Positions 59,834-64,000 of a stretch of 64,000 bases of DNA are shown here, in pieces (within the stretch, counting starts at the first letter, position 1; every line of letters starts with the position of its first letter). The notes beneath the pieces were generated by a model, which saw nothing but the letters and a program-made list of their open reading frames with translations, had not been told where the DNA came from and made no database searches. Made by a program: the position numbers and the translations under genes. The stretch is taken from assembly GCA_037925075.1 (NCBI GenBank), contig JAXSNR010000002.1, positions 288,001 through 352,000 on the forward strand, written 5' to 3'. This DNA is from Aquificaceae bacterium. Lineage in GTDB: Bacteria; Aquificota; Aquificia; Aquificales; Aquificaceae.

Positions 59834-60880
59834 TTACAGTACTTTTTCTAAAAAAGCCTTCAGATGAGAGAGATAGCATTCAAGGACCTTCTCACCGTAC
59901 GCCTTTAGCTCCCCTTCCCCCCCGCTTTTTTCTTTGTTTAAAAGGTCAAGTGCCTTCTCATAAAGCTCCTCTTCTTCTCTTACGCAAAAGCCAAGCCCTA
60001 TACCTTCTAAAAAATCTCTCAACTCACTCACCTTATGGGTGTATGGTCCGTAAAGGACTGGCTTTCCAAAGTAGGCAGGCTCAAGTAGATTATGTCCGCC
60101 CACAGGAATGAGTGTCCCGCCCACAAAGGCAAGGCTTGCGTATTTGTACATGGAAAAAAGCTCCCCAAGGGTGTCGAGCACCAGCACATCCCAATTCTCC
60201 TCTTCTTTACTCCTTAGACTTACCTTAAAGCCTTCAAAGAGGCCAACCACTTCCTTAGACCTACTTACATGTCTTGGTGCTATCAACAGCCTTAGGTCTG
60301 AAAAATCCTTCCGAAGTCTTTCATAGACTTTTTTTATGATAATCTCCTCTCCCGGATGGGTGCTACCTGCAACAAAAAGCTTTTGGCTTTTTAGTTTTAG
60401 CTCCGCGGGCGGTGGCTCCTCAAGGACAAACTTAAGATTGCCACAGGCAAACACCTTAGAGAGTCCATAGGACCTAAACCTGTCCGCGTCCTTTTCATCC
60501 CTTGCGATGATGAGGGAAAAACTTTTAGAAAAAAGCCTTTCAAACATGCCTCCCTTTGCGTAGGCGTTGAGCCAAACTTTTGGAGCTTTGGTTGAAAGCA
60601 AAAGAAAGGGCCACAGCTCCCTTTCCATTATTAGAATTGCATCAGGCTGGACCTTCTTCTCAAACCTTCTTACAAAAAGTGGCAGGTCTGGGGGTAGCCT
60701 GTGTAGGTCATAAAAGTATCCCTTGTCTCTTTGAGCTTCAAGGTACCTCTTTGCCCTGAAGGAGAAGTAGGTAAGGGTTATATGGTAGTTCCTATAAAGC
60801 CTCTTAAGAAGAGGTTTTGCGGTGTTGAACTCTCCTACGCTTGCAGTATGAAACCATAACCTACCTTTCCCTTTCTCCAC
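59834..60880 (-). CDS. waaA: Kdo transferase
   Basis: [36 protein letters not shown]. Confidence 0.96.
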   Translation of the reverse strand: MEKGKGRLWFHTASVGEFNTAKPLLKRLYRNYHITLTYFSFRAKRYLEAQRDKGYFYDLHRLPPDLPLFVRRFEKKVQPDAILIMERELWPFLLLSTKAPKVWLNAYAKGGMFERLFSKSFSLIIARDEKDADRFRSYGLSKVFACGNLKFVLEEPPPAELKLKSQKLFVAGSTHPGEEIIIKKVYERLRKDFSDLRLLIAPRHVSRSKEVVGLFEGFKVSLRSKEEENWDVLVLDTLGELFSMYKYASLAFVGGTLIPVGGHNLLEPAYFGKPVLYGPYTHKVSELRDFLEGIGLGFCVREEEELYEKALDLLNKEKSGGEGELKAYGEKVLECYLSHLKAFLEKVL

Positions 60881-61961
60881 GAATGAACTCTTCCACCATC
60901 CTTCTTGCCTGCCAATCGGGATACTGCACCGGTGGGTGCTTCATGGTGTAGGCACTTATGGAGTAAAGCGGTCCGCCTATGCCCCTGTCTCTGGCAAGCT
61001 TACAGCACCTTATGGCGTCAATCATAGAGCCCGCACTGTTGGGAGAGTCCTCCACATCCAGCTTTAGCTCCACATACATGGGTACATCACCAAAAAGCCT
61101 TCCCTCAATGCGTATGTATGCTATCTTTCTATCCTTTAGCCACGGCACCCAGTCGGAGGGTCCTATGTGGATACTGTAAGGGTCCATCTCGTAAGGTATC
61201 AAAGAAGAGACCGCGTAGGTCTTTGAAACCTTTTTTGTCTTTAGCCTGTCTCTTTCAAGCATGTTGAGAAAGTCCGTGTTTCCACCGAAGTTTAGCTGGT
61301 AGGTCCTGTCTATCTTTACGCCCCTGTCAAGGAAAAGCTGGGCTAAAGTTCTGTGTACTATGGTGGCACCCACCTGAGACTTTATATCATCTCCCACAAT
61401 TGGAATACCCTCCTTTTCAAACCTCTCCGCCCACTCTGGGTCAGAAACTATGAAGGTGGGCATACCGTTTATAAAGGACACCCCCGCCCTCAAGCAAGCT
61501 TCAGCGTAAAACCTTGCCGCCTGTTCAGAACCAACAGGCACGTAGTTAATCAGCACATCCGCACCGCTCTCTTTGAGAACACTCACCACATCCTCAAGCT
61601 CATCTTCCTTTTCCTCCGAAAGCACAAAGCTCCTTTCGGGTGGATAGTTTGCCATATGGCTTGCGTATCCATCCAACACCTTACCCTTTCTGACCACCAC
61701 GCCCATCCTTGGTACATTCGGCTCAAAAACCGCGGTACAGTTTGGTGGTGAGAATATGGCTTCGGACACGTCCTTTCCCACCTTTCTGGCATCAATGTCC
61801 CATGCGGCGACCACCTCAATATCCCATGGCTTGTAGCCGCCGATATCTTCAAACATAAGCCCGCTTACATCTTCCCTGTGTTTTGCGTAGTAGTGGATGC
61901 CTTGAATAAGGCTACTGGCACAGTTTCCCACGCCTGCTATTGCGACTCTTATTTTTGACAT
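60861..61961 (-). CDS. ino1: myo-Inositol-1-phosphate synthase
   Basis: [38 protein letters not shown]. Confidence 0.96.
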   Translation of the reverse strand: MSKIRVAIAGVGNCASSLIQGIHYYAKHREDVSGLMFEDIGGYKPWDIEVVAAWDIDARKVGKDVSEAIFSPPNCTAVFEPNVPRMGVVVRKGKVLDGYASHMANYPPERSFVLSEEKEDELEDVVSVLKESGADVLINYVPVGSEQAARFYAEACLRAGVSFINGMPTFIVSDPEWAERFEKEGIPIVGDDIKSQVGATIVHRTLAQLFLDRGVKIDRTYQLNFGGNTDFLNMLERDRLKTKKVSKTYAVSSLIPYEMDPYSIHIGPSDWVPWLKDRKIAYIRIEGRLFGDVPMYVELKLDVEDSPNSAGSMIDAIRCCKLARDRGIGGPLYSISAYTMKHPPVQYPDWQARRMVEEFIRGERER

Positions 61962-61998
61962 TTTAACCTCCGCAAAGGCTTATAATATTATAACCAAG

Positions 61999-62481
61999 AT
62001 GAAAGTTCTTATGGTTTTTTACTCAAAACTGCTTGAAGAGAGCGACCTTTTACAAAGGGTTGCGGAAAAGGTTAGCACCCTCAAAAGGCTTATAGGACCA
62101 GACAGCCTCTATGCAGTGATAACCACGGAGATGAAGGACTTTATAGACAGGTTCCCAGACCTTGTTTTTATAAGAAACGACAGGGGCACTTTTCTTTATG
62201 GGCTGTACAAGGGACTAAGGAAGCTAAGGGGCAACGATGTTCTCATCCTTGACCCATCTCAGGTTATAGGCATTGATAAACTAAGGGAATTTATTAGCAA
62301 AAGGAGGAAAAATGCCCTGTATTCGGAAAGCGGCAAATGGAAAGGGCTTGCACTTATCAGACTCATAGACCTTGATTACCTTATAAGGACGGTGGAAGGT
62401 CTTTTGGGGGAAGAGAAAGACCTTGCCCTCTTGATGGAAAATATCAGACAAGAATATGGTATAGAGTATGAAACGGTTTAA
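61999..62481 (+). CDS. Hypothetical protein, weakly MobA/NTP-transferase-like
   Basis: Fills the gap upstream of gcvH; GTFLYGLYKGL..DVLILDP segment. Confidence 0.65.
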   Translation: MKVLMVFYSKLLEESDLLQRVAEKVSTLKRLIGPDSLYAVITTEMKDFIDRFPDLVFIRNDRGTFLYGLYKGLRKLRGNDVLILDPSQVIGIDKLREFISKRRKNALYSESGKWKGLALIRLIDLDYLIRTVEGLLGEEKDLALLMENIRQEYGIEYETV

Positions 62482-62492
62482 GGAGGAAAGCG

Positions 62493-63017
62493 ATGGATGA
62501 GATCCTTGTTGGTAAGTATGTGGTAAGAACAGACAGGTATTACACAAAGGACCACGAATGGGCACTGGTGAAGGGAAACAAGGCATGGATAGGTATAACA
62601 GACTACGCCCAAAAGGAGCTTGGGGACGTGGTCTATGTAGACTTACCGCAGGTGGGAGAGACCTACGAAAGCGGTGATACCATTGCCAACGTGGAGTCTG
62701 TAAAGAGTGTATCACCCATATACTCACCCCTTTCTGGGACAGTGGTGGAAGTGAACGAAACCTTAAGCGATGAACCTCACCTTATAAACGAATCCCCTTA
62801 CGATGATGGATGGCTTGCGGTTATGGAGCTCTCTGACCCTATGGAGGTGGAAGACCTTATGCCTGCGGAAGACTACGCACAGCTCTTGGTGGAGATAGTA
62901 AAGGAAGAGAAGGGAGAGACCATAAAGCTCGGGCTAACTGAGGAAGAGGAAAGGCTTGAAGAATCCCTTGAAGCTTTGCCAGAGGAAGAGCTGGGCTACG
63001 AAGAAAAGGAAAGGTAA
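62493..63017 (+). CDS. gcvH: Glycine cleavage H protein with acidic C-terminal extension
   Basis: YTKDHEW, GITDYAQ.ELGD, VESVK lipoyl Lys, INESPY.DGW. Confidence 0.95.
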   Translation: MDEILVGKYVVRTDRYYTKDHEWALVKGNKAWIGITDYAQKELGDVVYVDLPQVGETYESGDTIANVESVKSVSPIYSPLSGTVVEVNETLSDEPHLINESPYDDGWLAVMELSDPMEVEDLMPAEDYAQLLVEIVKEEKGETIKLGLTEEEERLEESLEALPEEELGYEEKER

Positions 63018-64000
63018 ATGTACATTCCCCACTCGGAAGAAGAGACCGGGAGAATACTCAAAGAGCTTGGGCTTGGAAGGCTTGAAGACCTCTTTTCACA
63101 CATAGACTCCTCTCTCCTTTCAAAGCCAGAGCTTCCAAAGCCTAAGAGTGAAGAGGAGCTAAGGAGGTATTTTAAGGACCTAAGCGGGAAAAACTTCCCC
63201 CTTGTATCCTTTGCGGGGTTTGGAGCCTACGACAGGATAATCCCCTCTCCCATATGGCAGTTGCTAAGCAGGGGTGAATTTCTCACCGCCTACACACCTT
63301 ACCAGCCAGAGGTTTCTCAGGGAACACTTCAAGCCCTTTTTGAATATCAGACCCTTATATGCGAGCTTACGGGCATGGATGTTGCCAACGCAAGCATGTA
63401 CGACGGAGCTTCCGCCCTTGCGGAGGCTATCCTTATGGCAAGGGCGATAAAGGGTAAAGGTAAAAGGGTGGTGCTTTCGGAGGGTATAAACCCCCTTTAT
63501 AGGGAGGTGGTGAAAACTTACCTTAAAGGTTATCAGGATGAGCTGGTGGTGTGCGGGTTTTCGGAGGAGGGTTATACGGACCTTGAGAGGCTTGAGGCCT
63601 TTCTCAAGGATGGACAGGCTCATGCCTTGGCGGTGCATTATCCCAACTTTTTAGGCTTTGTGGAGCCTCTTGAGGAAATATCTAAACTGGCGAAAGGCTA
63701 TGAGGTACCCTTTGTGGTAGTCGCAGACCCTATAGCCTTGGCGGTTCTAAAGCCACCCGGTATGTTTGGTGTGGACGTAGTAGTGGGAGAGGGTCAGCAG
63801 ATGGGCGTTCTGCTTAACTTTGGGGGACCTTATGCGGGCTTTTTTGCGACAAGGATGGAGCATGTGAGAAGGATGCCGGGAAGGCTTGTGGGCATGGCGG
63901 AGGACTTGGAGGGCAAAAGAGCCTTTATCCTTGTGCTTCAGACAAGGGAACAGCATATAAGAAGGGAAAGGGCAACCTCAAACATATGCACCAATCAAAA
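63018..64000 (+). CDS. gcvPA: Glycine dehydrogenase subunit 1 (partial; runs off the window)
   Basis: Manual translation: MYIPHSEEE, EFLTAYTPYQPEVSQGTLQALFEYQ, NASMYDGASA, LQTREQHIRRERATSNICTNQ. Confidence 0.96.
   Translation, partial: MYIPHSEEETGRILKELGLGRLEDLFSHIDSSLLSKPELPKPKSEEELRRYFKDLSGKNFPLVSFAGFGAYDRIIPSPIWQLLSRGEFLTAYTPYQPEVSQGTLQALFEYQTLICELTGMDVANASMYDGASALAEAILMARAIKGKGKRVVLSEGINPLYREVVKTYLKGYQDELVVCGFSEEGYTDLERLEAFLKDGQAHALAVHYPNFLGFVEPLEEISKLAKGYEVPFVVVADPIALAVLKPPGMFGVDVVVGEGQQMGVLLNFGGPYAGFFATRMEHVRRMPGRLVGMAEDLEGKRAFILVLQTREQHIRRERATSNICTNQ

Noticed and set aside
1..64000. CRISPR array, rRNA, prophage or integrase at tRNA 3' ends
   Set aside because: No spaced direct repeats, rRNA-like stretch, phage genes or att duplications seen by eye; intergenic gaps are short

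Overview
A 64-kb, gene-dense chromosomal segment that looks like a thermophilic Aquificaceae genome (Hydrogenobacter/Thermocrinis-like). This is inferred from protein style, gene content and tightly overlapping operons. Most of it is housekeeping: dnaB, rpsT, murJ, miaA, efp, accB, trpA, ftsY, lon, trxAB, bioD, carA, argC, rplM/rpsI, secG/secD, lolCDE-type ABC, waaA, ino1, gcvH/gcvPA and four tRNAs. It also carries an A2-type cytochrome c oxidase operon followed by an AT-rich islet (second SCO, formate/nitrite-family channel, broken IS1595 transposase), two MNT-HEPN pairs, and an MglB-DUF4388-MglA GTPase module. There is a pyruvate dehydrogenase-type operon whose E3 keeps its FAD/disulfide/His-Glu machinery but appears to have lost the NAD-binding site; it is followed by an unannotated 47-aa Cys-Cys protein and an FAD-domain-only flavoprotein. 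This cluster is the best candidate for an undescribed system. Two adjacent genes (FliK-like, YbhB-like) each carry a single-base lesion. No CRISPR array, rRNA, intein or prophage was seen. All family calls come from motif recognition by eye, not from database searches.
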